This document shows positions 9,059 to 18,004 of a stretch of DNA of 36,638 nucleotides, in pieces. A program made the position numbers and the translations under genes. Under the pieces are notes generated by a model. The model saw only the letters and a list, made by a program, of their open reading frames with translations, had not been told where the DNA came from and made no database searches. Source of the stretch: a virus (lineage: Duplodnaviria > Caudoviricetes); the IMG/VR virus record IMGVR_UViG_3300020034_000048, positions 1 through 36,638 of that record; one strand, 5' to 3'. The stretch's first letter is position 1. Every line of letters begins with the position of its first letter.

Positions 9059-12000
9059 CAGTTGCGCCTCCCTGTCCCCTGCTCAAGGGCCATCCGCAGC
9101 CGGTCCGGCAGCTCACTGAACAATTTGTCCACGGCTGCCGGGGTGGCGCCGCGTGCATCGATGCTGACCGGAATCGTAATGGTGTTCCCGCCGCCGCGTG
9201 CCTCCAGGGCGTCCAGGGGCTGGATCGTCTCGCCGCCGCGTGTGTGCAGGAGCTCGATGCCCTTGTCCCCCACAACGTTCCATCCGGGAGCCGCCGACTG
9301 CGTGCCCCGGCCGTACCAGTGCGGAGACCTGCCGAGCCACTTCGAGTACGCGGCGGACGGGGAGCCGTAGACCGATTTGATGTACCCCTCGCCCCATTTG
9401 ATCTGCGTGGTGGCGTTGGTCTTGTAGTCGGCCCCGGCGCTGGCCATCTTGCTGCCGGGCAGCGCTTGCGGGATGCCCAGGGCCCCCGAGCTGGGGTTGA
9501 CCGCCTTGTAGTTCCACCCCGATTCGCCCTGCCACAGTTTCTGGAGAGAGGGCCATTGGGAAGCGGCCCATCCGTAGGTGGACAGCATGGCCTTCGCGGT
9601 TGCCTGCGCCGCGCCGGACGTAGCGCCGCTCTCGACCGCCGGGAGGAACCCGTACTTGGCCGTGAACATTCCGTCGCTGGCGCCGCGTGCGCCGGACCCG
9701 ACGCGCACCCCGGCGCCGCCGGACGATTCGACATTGACCCCGTTCAGGGTCCCGGCCGTGTGGCCCACACCGGCGTTGGTGATCCCGATGGTGAACGGCG
9801 ACTTGGCGGAGAGCTTCCACCCGGGGGGCGCGGTGCCTCCGCTGAATGCTCCGGTGGCCCACCGGCGGTGAGGCTTTTCACCCCGGATAACCGACTCAAT
9901 TGCGGACATAAACCCCGAGCAGTCCCAGGAAGGATTTCCGTTTCCTCCCCACTGGTACGGCTTGCCCACCTGTGTCCGTGCCCAGGCCAGTCCGGCCGCC
10001 GAGTCCCCGCCGCCGACGTCGGGCGCGATGTCGTGGCCCTTCACCCAGTCCTTGATCGTGGTGGCAATCTTGTCGATCATCCCGGTGCCGAGCGATTCCA
10101 TCATGCTGCCACTGCCGGGAACCGCAGCCTTGACCGCCTCCTTGCCCAGCTTGGCCACCCCGTCCACAGCCGCGCCGAAGGGCCCGCTGATCGCGCCGAG
10201 CGCCAGGGACTTGAGCGCGTTCAGCGCATTACCGATGATCCCGTCCGGCACGAGGTCCGGGCCGACATTCGGGCCGATGCCGGTACCGAAGATCCCGCCG
10301 CCGTCATCAAAGTCTTTCTTGCCGTACAGCCGCACCTTCGCGCCGCCCATGGCCTGGCTGCGGAGCTTGGCCACAGCCTCATGGCCACCGGCGCCCGCGA
10401 CCTCCTGCCGGGTCCACACGTGCTCGCCGGGGTGGACCTTGGCAAGGAACCCGTCCTGGGATCCGTTGCCGGTCGGCCCGCCTTCCTTGAACTGGGGCAG
10501 CGTGAAATTGCTGAGCGTCGGTGCACCGAAGGCACCGGCCACGATGTTCCAGAGCTTGACGATGCCATTGTTGTACACCACATCCACTACCGCCTGGATG
10601 GGCTTCCGGACAAGATCGCGAACCTTGTCCCAGGCGGCGCCCAGTGCGGACGCCCCCTTGGAGAAAGCATCTGGAATGGTCTTCGTGAAGAGCGCCGCAA
10701 CCGGATCCCAGAAGGTATGCAGGAGCCAGGTCGACCCGGCGGAGAAGATCCCCTGAATCGTTGCCCAGAAAGAGGTAGCTGTGCCGGTGACGGCCGCCGT
10801 CACCGTGCTGAAAGCCGCCTGAATCGCTGCCCAGGCCGCATTCCACACAGCCTTGACCGCGTTCAGGAACGCGTCCACCGCCGCCTTGAATGCCGCTACC
10901 CAGGCGTTGAAGACCGCCATGATCGCCGCAGTGATCGTGGAGAAGACCGTCTGGACCGCCGTCCACACCGTGGTCCACACGGCCTGGCACGCTGCGAGGA
11001 AGGTCGTGAAGACCGTGCGGAGTGCATTCCAGGCTGTGGTGGCGATGCTCTGGATCATGGCCCACAGGGAGGTCCACAGCGCGGTGAAGACCCCGGCAAA
11101 GGCGGTGTACACGGCAGTGATCACGCCGAGGAATCCCTGCCAAGCGGTGGTGATCACATTCCAGACGGCTGCTGCCGCATCCTTGACCGCGTTCCAGGCC
11201 AGGCTCCAATGCCCGGTGAAAATCGCGGTGAAGACCAGGAACAGTGCGGTGATCACGGACCACAGGGCCGACCAGGCAGCGGCGATCGTATTCCAGATGG
11301 CCGAGGCAATTGCCACGATGACATTCCAGAAACCGCCGAAGATCGCTCCGAACACGGAGGTGAACACACCGAAGATCCCGGAGACCACCGACCAGAGAAC
11401 CTGCCAGGCGCCGGTAATGACTGACCAGGCGATCTGCGCCGCTCCGATGATCACGGACAGGAAGATCTGGAAAGCGCCGCTGATGACCGACCAGGCAACC
11501 TGAGCTATCCCGGTGATCGTCGTCCAGAGAATGTTCCATGCACCGGACAGCACGGCCCACGCCAGCGTCGCCACGGCGGAGATGGCCGTCCACCCGTCCC
11601 GGAACTGCCCGCCGAACACAGACCAAAATGCATTCCACACCGTGGTAAAGAATCCCCATACCGCCGACCATGCGGCTTGCAAGGAATTCCAGATGTTCAT
11701 GGCGGAGAGCTGAAGCTCCGGCCATACCTTGGTCCACATGTCCCGGATGGGCTGGATCACCGCGTTGAACTTCCCGGCCAGGAAATCCCAGGTGGCATTC
11801 CACGCTGTGATCATCCATCCCGAGAACGCCGACCATGCAAGCTTCAGCGCATCCCACACCACGAAGGCCGCGACCTTGATCCCGTCCCAGATCTCGGACC
11901 AGTGCTTGGCCAGGAAGATCAGCAGACCGATCGGCCCCATAAAAGCGAGGAGCAGCTGCCCCCAGCCGTGAGTCAGGAAGTCCCAGACCGCGAGGGCCGA

Positions 12001-13323
12001 CGTCTTGATCGCGTTCCAGGTGGCGAACCACGCGGTCTTGATCGCCGACCATACGGTGTCCCAGTACTTGACCAGGAAGAACAGGCCGACACCGAGCGCG
12101 ATGATCGCCAGGATAACGGCGCCGATGGTGAGGGCTGCGCCGACCATCAACAGGAGCATGGGTGAGGCAGCCATCGTCATAGCCGTGGTGGCAACAGCGG
12201 AAATGAATGCCCAGGCCGCGTAGAGTTTGAGTGCCGTGGACCAGATAATAAACCCGTACGCCATGGCCTGGAGCAGACCCGGCGGGAATGACGCCAGCAC
12301 CTTCAGCAGCGTTCCGAGGACGATGAAGGCGTTCTGGCTCATCCCCCCGGCGGCTTTGCCAATGTTGGCCAGGGACGTCCCCAGGTCTTTTGCCACCCCG
12401 AGCAGCGCACCCTTGTTGGCCGCGAGCCAGGCAAGGAAGCGCTGGAATCCGCCGCCCTCAGCCCACCCCTTGAAAGCCTTCATGACATTGATCAGCCATG
12501 TGGTGAATGCCGCACCCAGCGGAGCCGTGTCCCGCATGCCGATCCCGAGCGCGCCGAACAGGTACCGGATCGCGTCCACGAAGCCGTGCAGGGCCGGGAT
12601 GCCGTAGGTCTTCACGAATGTCAGGAAGCGGTCGAGGCCGCCGTCCGTGACCCACTTCTTCGTGAGGTTTGCTACCCGCTGGATTTCCGGGGAGATGGCC
12701 CCGATCAGGCTGCCGAGTTTGGGGAGCGCCGCCATGAAAGCCTCAAGCATGGTGGTGGCGGGCTTCAGGGTGAACTTTGCGTTCTCGTTGTTGAAATCGA
12801 TGATGGCGACTTTGGCATTGTCGTACGCCCGGCCGAAAGCCTCCTGAACCGGGGGCAGGTCCTTCAGGGCCTTCTCATGGGCCCTCTCCGCCAGGGTGAC
12901 CTTCTCCACAGCCTTGGTGTAGGCCTTGGTCCCCTTTGCCGTGTTGTCCAGCGCGTTCTGGGCCGTCTGCAACTTGCTGGCCGTCAGGGCCACGGCAGAG
13001 CCCTGCCCCACAGTCGCTTTGATGGCCCCCTTCATGGCGATGCCGAAGATTCCGACGGCGGCTCCGGCGCCGACCATGGCAGACCCGGCCGCCGCGCCGA
13101 TCCCCAGCAGCCCGCCCGCAATGGGGATCAGCGCGGGGCCCAGCGCGAGGACGGTCGACACGAGATCCTTCATGCCCGGCTTGAGCGCGTTCGATGATTT
13201 GGTCAGCGCGTTCATCGAGCCGTCCAGGCGCGAGATGTCCGACCGCGCCTGCCGCATCGCATCGCCGTTGTACGTGGAGTTCATGCGGAACATCAGGCTA
13301 GTGATCGTGGCCATCCGGCTCAC
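9058..13323 (-). CDS. Tape measure protein with C-terminal NlpC/P60 and lytic transglycosylase domains
   Basis: Long A/W/F-periodic helical repeats; GKPYQWGG...DCSGF...GHT (NlpC/P60); ESGWN...SSGALGIPQALP...QIKWG..YI..VYG (SLT-like). Alternative ATG at 13314. Confidence 0.93.
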   Translation of the reverse strand: MSRMATITSLMFRMNSTYNGDAMRQARSDISRLDGSMNALTKSSNALKPGMKDLVSTVLALGPALIPIAGGLLGIGAAAGSAMVGAGAAVGIFGIAMKGAIKATVGQGSAVALTASKLQTAQNALDNTAKGTKAYTKAVEKVTLAERAHEKALKDLPPVQEAFGRAYDNAKVAIIDFNNENAKFTLKPATTMLEAFMAALPKLGSLIGAISPEIQRVANLTKKWVTDGGLDRFLTFVKTYGIPALHGFVDAIRYLFGALGIGMRDTAPLGAAFTTWLINVMKAFKGWAEGGGFQRFLAWLAANKGALLGVAKDLGTSLANIGKAAGGMSQNAFIVLGTLLKVLASFPPGLLQAMAYGFIIWSTALKLYAAWAFISAVATTAMTMAASPMLLLMVGAALTIGAVILAIIALGVGLFFLVKYWDTVWSAIKTAWFATWNAIKTSALAVWDFLTHGWGQLLLAFMGPIGLLIFLAKHWSEIWDGIKVAAFVVWDALKLAWSAFSGWMITAWNATWDFLAGKFNAVIQPIRDMWTKVWPELQLSAMNIWNSLQAAWSAVWGFFTTVWNAFWSVFGGQFRDGWTAISAVATLAWAVLSGAWNILWTTITGIAQVAWSVISGAFQIFLSVIIGAAQIAWSVITGAWQVLWSVVSGIFGVFTSVFGAIFGGFWNVIVAIASAIWNTIAAAWSALWSVITALFLVFTAIFTGHWSLAWNAVKDAAAAVWNVITTAWQGFLGVITAVYTAFAGVFTALWTSLWAMIQSIATTAWNALRTVFTTFLAACQAVWTTVWTAVQTVFSTITAAIMAVFNAWVAAFKAAVDAFLNAVKAVWNAAWAAIQAAFSTVTAAVTGTATSFWATIQGIFSAGSTWLLHTFWDPVAALFTKTIPDAFSKGASALGAAWDKVRDLVRKPIQAVVDVVYNNGIVKLWNIVAGAFGAPTLSNFTLPQFKEGGPTGNGSQDGFLAKVHPGEHVWTRQEVAGAGGHEAVAKLRSQAMGGAKVRLYGKKDFDDGGGIFGTGIGPNVGPDLVPDGIIGNALNALKSLALGAISGPFGAAVDGVAKLGKEAVKAAVPGSGSMMESLGTGMIDKIATTIKDWVKGHDIAPDVGGGDSAAGLAWARTQVGKPYQWGGNGNPSWDCSGFMSAIESVIRGEKPHRRWATGAFSGGTAPPGWKLSAKSPFTIGITNAGVGHTAGTLNGVNVESSGGAGVRVGSGARGASDGMFTAKYGFLPAVESGATSGAAQATAKAMLSTYGWAASQWPSLQKLWQGESGWNYKAVNPSSGALGIPQALPGSKMASAGADYKTNATTQIKWGEGYIKSVYGSPSAAYSKWLGRSPHWYGRGTQSAAPGWNVVGDKGIELLHTRGGETIQPLDALEARGGGNTITIPVSIDARGATPAAVDKLFSELPDRLRMALEQGTGRRN

Positions 13324-13672
13324 CGTCCTCTGTTCCGGCGCTCATGGTCTCCGGATCCTGGCTGCTCACGGAACGGAGGACTTCGGACGGCCGGGGGTAC
13401 TTCTCCGGCTTCGGCACCGGGTTCTTCCGGTGCTTCTTGTCCGTGAAGTGCGCCGCGCCGAGCAGGTGATTCGCGCGCTGAAGTTGCTCATGCAGCGCGG
13501 CCAAGGTCTCGTCCCCGTAGCCGTTGCCGAGGGGACCGGCGTGCCGCTCGTACGCCCTCCACTCAGCCAGCTCCAGTGACGAGATCCTGTCCAGCATTTC
13601 CCCTACCGTCCCGATCTTGAGATGACCTGCTAGCCGGAAGTAGAATCCCCGCTCGGGCCGCCGTCGAAATCC
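13298..13672 (-). CDS. Tail assembly chaperone, -1 frameshifted C-terminal part (gpT equivalent)
   Basis: -1 frame ORF (…FRLAGHL…TVGEMLDRISSLELAEWRAYE…GPLG) with no evident RBS, between chaperone and tape measure; G_GAT_TTC at 13666-13672. Confidence 0.8.
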   Translation of the reverse strand, partial: GFRRRPERGFYFRLAGHLKIGTVGEMLDRISSLELAEWRAYERHAGPLGNGYGDETLAALHEQLQRANHLLGAAHFTDKKHRKNPVPKPEKYPRPSEVLRSVSSQDPETMSAGTEDGEPDGHDH

Positions 13673-14049
13673 TCCGTCAGCTCGTCGATGTCCGACTCGG
13701 TCAGCCCGTTCATCTCCTGGCACTTGTCGAACACGCGGGAGATGGCCAGCGCCGACCGGCCGCCGATCATCTTCGCATCACCTGCGTTGAAGATCCGGTT
13801 ACCCTGATCGTCCACGGCGCACTGGATGATCAGCCGCGCACGGAAGTTCTCCAGGTTGGGCTTCTTGCTGTTGCCGCGCGGCTGCATGGACGCCTCGAAG
13901 CGGTCGCGCTCCGTGCCGGTCATGCCCTTGAGCTTGAGCACCCACTTCTCAGGTTCCGGGTCACCCTCCGGGGCCCACTCGGGTACGGGGATCTCGCCGT
14001 ACTGCTCGTCACGGGCCTTGGCAACATCATCTCGGCCGAAGGTCGGCAT
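13630..14049 (-). CDS. Tail assembly chaperone (gpG equivalent)
   Basis: VPEW...LKGMTGTERDRFE...FRARLIIQCAVDDQGNRIF pattern; GAGAGGA RBS before ATG 14049. Confidence 0.85.
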   Translation of the reverse strand: MPTFGRDDVAKARDEQYGEIPVPEWAPEGDPEPEKWVLKLKGMTGTERDRFEASMQPRGNSKKPNLENFRARLIIQCAVDDQGNRIFNAGDAKMIGGRSALAISRVFDKCQEMNGLTESDIDELTEDFDGGPSGDSTSG

Positions 14050-14142
14050 AGTGACTGTTCCTCTCGTCTGCGGGTCCCTGCGGGTCCGAAGGGACCGGGT
14101 GACCCGCAAGAGCCCCGGCCCCTCCAGTTTCTGTGATCTTAC

Positions 14143-14640
14143 CTAGCGTCCGATGGAAGCCCGGGAGATCGTGCGTGCTGCATCCTCGAAGATGTCCGTC
14201 AGGCGGCGCTCGACCATCTGTTCGCCGTCCTCGATCGTTGCCCGGAACCACGATCCGCCGGTCTCCTGCAACACCCATTCGTGCCGGTTGCCGTACACCG
14301 GGTGGCGCCAGCCCTTCTGCATATCCAGGTAGGCCGGAATGTTCGTCTCGTCCTTGTGGTTCATGGATGAGGTGATGATCACCCCACCGGCGGTGAGCTT
14401 GGTGCCAACACCCTTGGCCACCCGGGCACGCAGACCGCTGTGTCTGGTGGTGTGAGTAGCGATGTTCATGACTTCCTGTTGAGCACGCCGGGCCAGCACG
14501 TCGGACGCGTCCCGCAGCTCCGCGCGGAACCGGTCCCCGAGTGCCTTGTCCTCCGCGTCCAGAGCTGCCGCTACCCGCTTCCATTCCGGACCGGTGGTCA
14601 CGGTAAAGATCGCGCGGCCGGGGGTTGGACTGCGTGCCAT
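14143..14640 (-). CDS. Tail completion-type protein (HK97 gp10-like)
   Basis: SGLRARV and GWRHPVYGNR..WV.Q...SWF motifs; basic and helical; lies in the tail module. Confidence 0.6.
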   Translation of the reverse strand: MARSPTPGRAIFTVTTGPEWKRVAAALDAEDKALGDRFRAELRDASDVLARRAQQEVMNIATHTTRHSGLRARVAKGVGTKLTAGGVIITSSMNHKDETNIPAYLDMQKGWRHPVYGNRHEWVLQETGGSWFRATIEDGEQMVERRLTDIFEDAARTISRASIGR

Positions 14641-14642
14641 GG

Positions 14643-14852
14643 TCAGCCACCTTCATCGATCTTCCGGCGGATGGCCACGACGGCTGCCACCCACGCCACC
14701 TGAGTGCGGTCCGGCAGGTCGTCCCACTGCGGCATGTCCCGGCCGTCGAAGGTCTTGCCGCCGGTGTGATCCGCGTACCCGTCGTACCCGGCGCGCGCCA
14801 CATCGAGGGCGGACGGCCGGGACCCCGGCGCGTCGCGGGCAATGAGCGGCAT
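14643..14852 (-). CDS. Small hypothetical protein
   Basis: 69 aa, coupled to the major tail stop; GGKTFDGRDMPQWDDLP...WVAA resembles a recurrent small phage protein. Confidence 0.6.
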   Translation of the reverse strand: MPLIARDAPGSRPSALDVARAGYDGYADHTGGKTFDGRDMPQWDDLPDRTQVAWVAAVVAIRRKIDEGG

Positions 14853-15268
14853 CAGGCGAACGCCTCTGTGATCCCGGTCCGCTGCGTCGGGAAGGTCACC
14901 TCGGTCTCGGAGAGGTCGCCGACCGACCCGGACAGCGGCTGGTACTCCAGCAGAATGCAGGTCGCCGTGTAGCTCGGGTTGGTGGGACCGACCGCTGCGG
15001 CCGTCGGCTTCACGATCACCGTGAACTCGGTCTCGTTGGTGTACAGGGGCGAGAGCGTAGCGTTCACCTCTCCAGCCGCGTAGTCCTGCTGGAAGTTGAT
15101 CACGAAGCTGTCGTCCTTAAGACCTGCTACGCGTTCGCGCCCCTGGCCGCTGAAGTTCGTTGTCTCAACTTCGTCCTTCACAAAATTGATTTCAACCGAA
15201 CTCGCATGGTCTGAGAGGTTTACGGCGTTTATGGTGACTTGGCAATCGCGTAGGACAATTTTCCCCAT
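14852..15268 (-). CDS. Major tail (tube) protein
   Basis: 138 aa beta-rich; VETTNF, RVAGLKD, NPSYTATC, GSVGDL motifs; GGAAGG RBS; position upstream of the chaperone. Confidence 0.85.
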   Translation of the reverse strand: MGKIVLRDCQVTINAVNLSDHASSVEINFVKDEVETTNFSGQGRERVAGLKDDSFVINFQQDYAAGEVNATLSPLYTNETEFTVIVKPTAAAVGPTNPSYTATCILLEYQPLSGSVGDLSETEVTFPTQRTGITEAFA

Positions 15269-15270
15269 GA

Positions 15271-15615
15271 TCAGTTACCTTCCTCGTTGGTGCCCGACAT
15301 GGGCCCATCACCGCTCGGGGGATCTTCGTCTTCCGGGTCCCCGTCCCAGGGCTTGACGTGCCCGCCCTGGATCAATGCCGCAGCCTGGCCGTCCGTGAGG
15401 CACAGCACCACCCGGCCCGGGGCTGCGACGTCACCCACGGCCTTGGGGCCGATCACCTGGTACACCCGGTCCACCGGCTGCTCGCGGCCTGCCTTGACGC
15501 CAGCCACGGGGTTCGGAGGAAACTCCTTCTTCTGTGCAGGCGCAGCAGGGCGCGGCTGGATCTCCTCCGCCTTCGCGGGGCCAGCTGATCCCTTGCGCTG
15601 CCGGGGTGGGGTCAC
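15271..15615 (-). CDS. Hypothetical protein (Pro/Ala-rich)
   Basis: GTGA-coupled ORF that fills the operon gap. Confidence 0.55.
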   Translation of the reverse strand: MTPPRQRKGSAGPAKAEEIQPRPAAPAQKKEFPPNPVAGVKAGREQPVDRVYQVIGPKAVGDVAAPGRVVLCLTDGQAAALIQGGHVKPWDGDPEDEDPPSGDGPMSGTNEEGN

Positions 15616-15965
15616 CGCTCCACCACCGCCATGGTCACTCCAGTGACCGCAACCCCCGTAGTGATCGTCACAAGCCCGGTGGTCGGATCCTGGAATTCCT
15701 TGATCAGCGGGATGCGGATCTCGCTCGGAACGATGTTCCCCGCACCGCCACCGGCTGCCAAGGTGTACGCCTTGTCAGCAAAAGCCACGCCGAACGGGTC
15801 ATTGCCCGGAGTGACTACGGTGATCGTCTTGGATACGGAATCCGTGTTCCGGTATTCCGCCCACACGTTGTTCCCCGGGGCCACGGTGTCCGACGCCGTG
15901 GCAGCGGCGAAGGTGGGGCCCGCACCCGTGCTGACGGCCAGGGTCTGCTTGGTCCTGAGAGTCAT
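15612..15965 (-). CDS. Small beta-rich putative virion protein
   Basis: T/V/A/G-rich, 117 aa, between tail terminator and major tail genes. Confidence 0.6.
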   Translation of the reverse strand: MTLRTKQTLAVSTGAGPTFAAATASDTVAPGNNVWAEYRNTDSVSKTITVVTPGNDPFGVAFADKAYTLAAGGGAGNIVPSEIRIPLIKEFQDPTTGLVTITTGVAVTGVTMAVVER

Positions 15966-15974
15966 GATCCATTC

Positions 15975-16403
15975 TCACTTTCCACTAGTGCGGACGGTGA
16001 GCCGCACAATCGCGCCGACATGATCGATTCGTGCGGTCTGGAACTTTCCGCCGTACTCCCGGACGCCTTCCACATGCGCGTCCACTTCGTCGCCGAGACC
16101 AAGATCGTGGTTCTCGTAGAAGCACTGGCGTATGGACCGGGGGCCGGATCCCGAGACGTATTGATCGAGGGAGTTCTGTGCCACGGACGCCTCACCTCGC
16201 TGCACCAGGATGTAGAGATCGAACCGCCAGGTATCGAGACCCCGGCCCATGGCGCCGTTGAAGTCGGCCGTGTCCCGTGCAGGCATGACCACCATGGCGG
16301 GGAGCTGCGCCACGTCCGTCACATCATTGAAACCCCGCATGGTCGGGATCCGGTTCTGGACCGTGTTGTCAATCGCCACGCGGATCTCGGAAAGTGTGGG
16401 CAC
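15975..16403 (-). CDS. Tail terminator protein
   Basis: Starts VPTLSEIR (GTG 16403); AQNSLDQYVSGSGPRSIRQ and LGLG motifs; follows the head-tail adaptor. Confidence 0.7.
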   Translation of the reverse strand: MPTLSEIRVAIDNTVQNRIPTMRGFNDVTDVAQLPAMVVMPARDTADFNGAMGRGLDTWRFDLYILVQRGEASVAQNSLDQYVSGSGPRSIRQCFYENHDLGLGDEVDAHVEGVREYGGKFQTARIDHVGAIVRLTVRTSGK

Positions 16404-16407
16404 GGGA

Positions 16408-17001
16408 TCATCCTGCCTTGATCGGGTCAATGACGTACCGGGACAATTTGGTGGCCGCCATGATGTTGTCCTTGACCCGGATGGACCCCCACTGATCGGA
16501 CCCGGCCACCCCGAAGGGTGCGTCCTTGATCTGAAAAGTCGCACCGGCCATGATCCGGCATGCCTGCTCAACCGGGGCCGGAACACCGTCCCATCCCCAC
16601 TGCGCAGTGATCCGGATCTTCTCACCCCGGGTGAAGACGAGAGACCCGGCGCGGGAAATCCTCCGGTACGGCCAGCCGGACTGCCCGTTCACGACCCCGT
16701 TGAGCGGTTCAAGATCGTAGTCTGCGGCCGTCCACACCGTGCCGTAGTCGGTCCCCGATTCGATCACCAGACTTGCAGCCGTCCAGAAATCATCGACGTA
16801 CGCGTATTCCGCCGTGGTGGCCTTGAAGATCCGCGCAGTCGCCCCGGTCTGCTTGTTGAACTGCCGGTCACAGAACTGTTCGATCTCCCGGGACACGGAG
16901 CTGATCGCCTCGGTCAGGGGATCATCAAACCGGCTGTCCTCCTGCATACCCAGGTAGGCCTTCATCTCCGCGAGCGTCGTGTACGGGTCTCCGAGCGCCA
17001 T
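16408..17001 (-). CDS. Head-to-tail adaptor (gp6/gp15-like)
   Basis: YTTLAEMKAYL, SREIEQFCDRQF and WGW..VPAPVEQAC motifs; GGAGG RBS. Confidence 0.85.
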   Translation of the reverse strand: MALGDPYTTLAEMKAYLGMQEDSRFDDPLTEAISSVSREIEQFCDRQFNKQTGATARIFKATTAEYAYVDDFWTAASLVIESGTDYGTVWTAADYDLEPLNGVVNGQSGWPYRRISRAGSLVFTRGEKIRITAQWGWDGVPAPVEQACRIMAGATFQIKDAPFGVAGSDQWGSIRVKDNIMAATKLSRYVIDPIKAG

Positions 17002-17123
17002 GGCCTGCCTCCCTCCGGTATGCCGTCACAGGCCGTCTGACCTGCGAAAACTCTGTTGATCTTACCCTTGGACCACGGGGGCCGGGAAGCCAGAGGATCT
17101 AGCTACGCGGCCGTCTGTGGATT

Positions 17124-17151
17124 CTTTGTAGCAAAACAGGGTGCTACAAAG
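17124..17151. repeat. Perfect 10-bp inverted repeat with 8-bp spacer
   Basis: CTTTGTAGCA-aaacaggg-TGCTACAAAG in the AT-richer gap between head and head-tail genes. Confidence 0.75.
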
Positions 17152-17204
17152 TTGCGTTGTTCTGGATCATCAAACGATGCGGCGGGACGTATAGGAATGC
17201 GTCA

Positions 17205-17609
17205 TCAAACCAGCATTCCTCCGATGGAATAGGTATGGGAATTAGCGTTCCCGTGCGTGACCGTGACTCGGAACACCGGAGGAAGATTGTCGGACACGGC
17301 AAGCTTGGTAACAGGGGTCACAGCAGGAGCGATCTTGTACACCACGGTGCCGGTAGCAACAATCGCGTCCGGGGCAACAATCAAGTCGTAAGTCTTCCCG
17401 CTAACCCTGTCCACACCAGAGATCTTTACCGTCAGGCTGGCCGCCGTCACAAACGCCGTGACGTCGATGATCAGATGCAGGCCGTCGTACTCGTAGCCGC
17501 GCCCGGTGATCTCGAACTCCTGCGTGTCCGGGGCAGTGGTCCGCGCAGCCGACGGCAGTACCTCGAAGTACGGGGCACTGGACACCAGCTGCCGGATATT
17601 GTTCGCCAC
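17205..17609 (-). CDS. Putative capsid decoration / beta-sandwich virion protein
   Basis: 134 aa with alternating beta pattern, two genes after the capsid; GGGAG RBS before GTG. Confidence 0.55.
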   Translation of the reverse strand: MANNIRQLVSSAPYFEVLPSAARTTAPDTQEFEITGRGYEYDGLHLIIDVTAFVTAASLTVKISGVDRVSGKTYDLIVAPDAIVATGTVVYKIAPAVTPVTKLAVSDNLPPVFRVTVTHGNANSHTYSIGGMLV

Positions 17610-17612
17610 TGA

Positions 17613-17942
17613 TCAGCTCCCGCTCTTCCGGGGACCTCGCTGCCGGGGAGCCGCTGCCGCAGGTGCAGCCTTGACCTCGGGCTCCGGCTTCGTTTCGGCT
17701 TTCACAGGCTCCGGCGCAGCCTTGGGCGCGGCCTCGGGGGCAGGCTCGTCCTGGGGTGCGCGCCGGGTGTCCTCCACGTCGTAATGCACGGTGAGTTCCT
17801 GGAACAGAGACTCCCGGCCCTCCAGCAGGGGATGTCCTTCGCGTACACGAGTGACACCCTCCTGGAGAATGACCGACGTACCGTCTTTCAGGCCCACCGA
17901 CCCGGTGACAACAGCTACATAGATCTTTCCGCTTCCGGCCAC
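17613..17942 (-). CDS. Hypothetical protein downstream of major capsid
   Basis: Strong AAGGAGGA RBS; TRVREGHPLL motif and a P/A/E/K low-complexity tail. Confidence 0.7.
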   Translation of the reverse strand: MAGSGKIYVAVVTGSVGLKDGTSVILQEGVTRVREGHPLLEGRESLFQELTVHYDVEDTRRAPQDEPAPEAAPKAAPEPVKAETKPEPEVKAAPAAAAPRQRGPRKSGS

Positions 17943-17971
17943 GATTCCTCCTTCGGATCGGCCCGAGCTGG

Positions 17972-17995
17972 CCCCGGCCTACTTCAGGGCCGGGG
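17972..17995 (-). terminator. GC-rich hairpin after major capsid gene
   Basis: CCCCGGCC-tacttcag-GGCCGGGG about 10 nt past the capsid stop; no U-tract. Confidence 0.45.
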
Positions 17996-18004
17996 ATGGG
18001 TCGA

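Noticed and set aside
9244-12165. Long plus-strand and alternate-frame ORFs (e.g. 9244-11424, 10379-12052; also 5216-6862 and 17996-19987)
   Set aside because: Shadow ORFs expected opposite high-GC genes; Arg/Gly/Pro-rich with no recognisable motifs.
14068-14108. CTGCGGGTCC tandem repeat and hairpin before the chaperone gene
   Set aside because: Short and GC-rich; probably an ordinary mRNA hairpin with nothing to support a further role.
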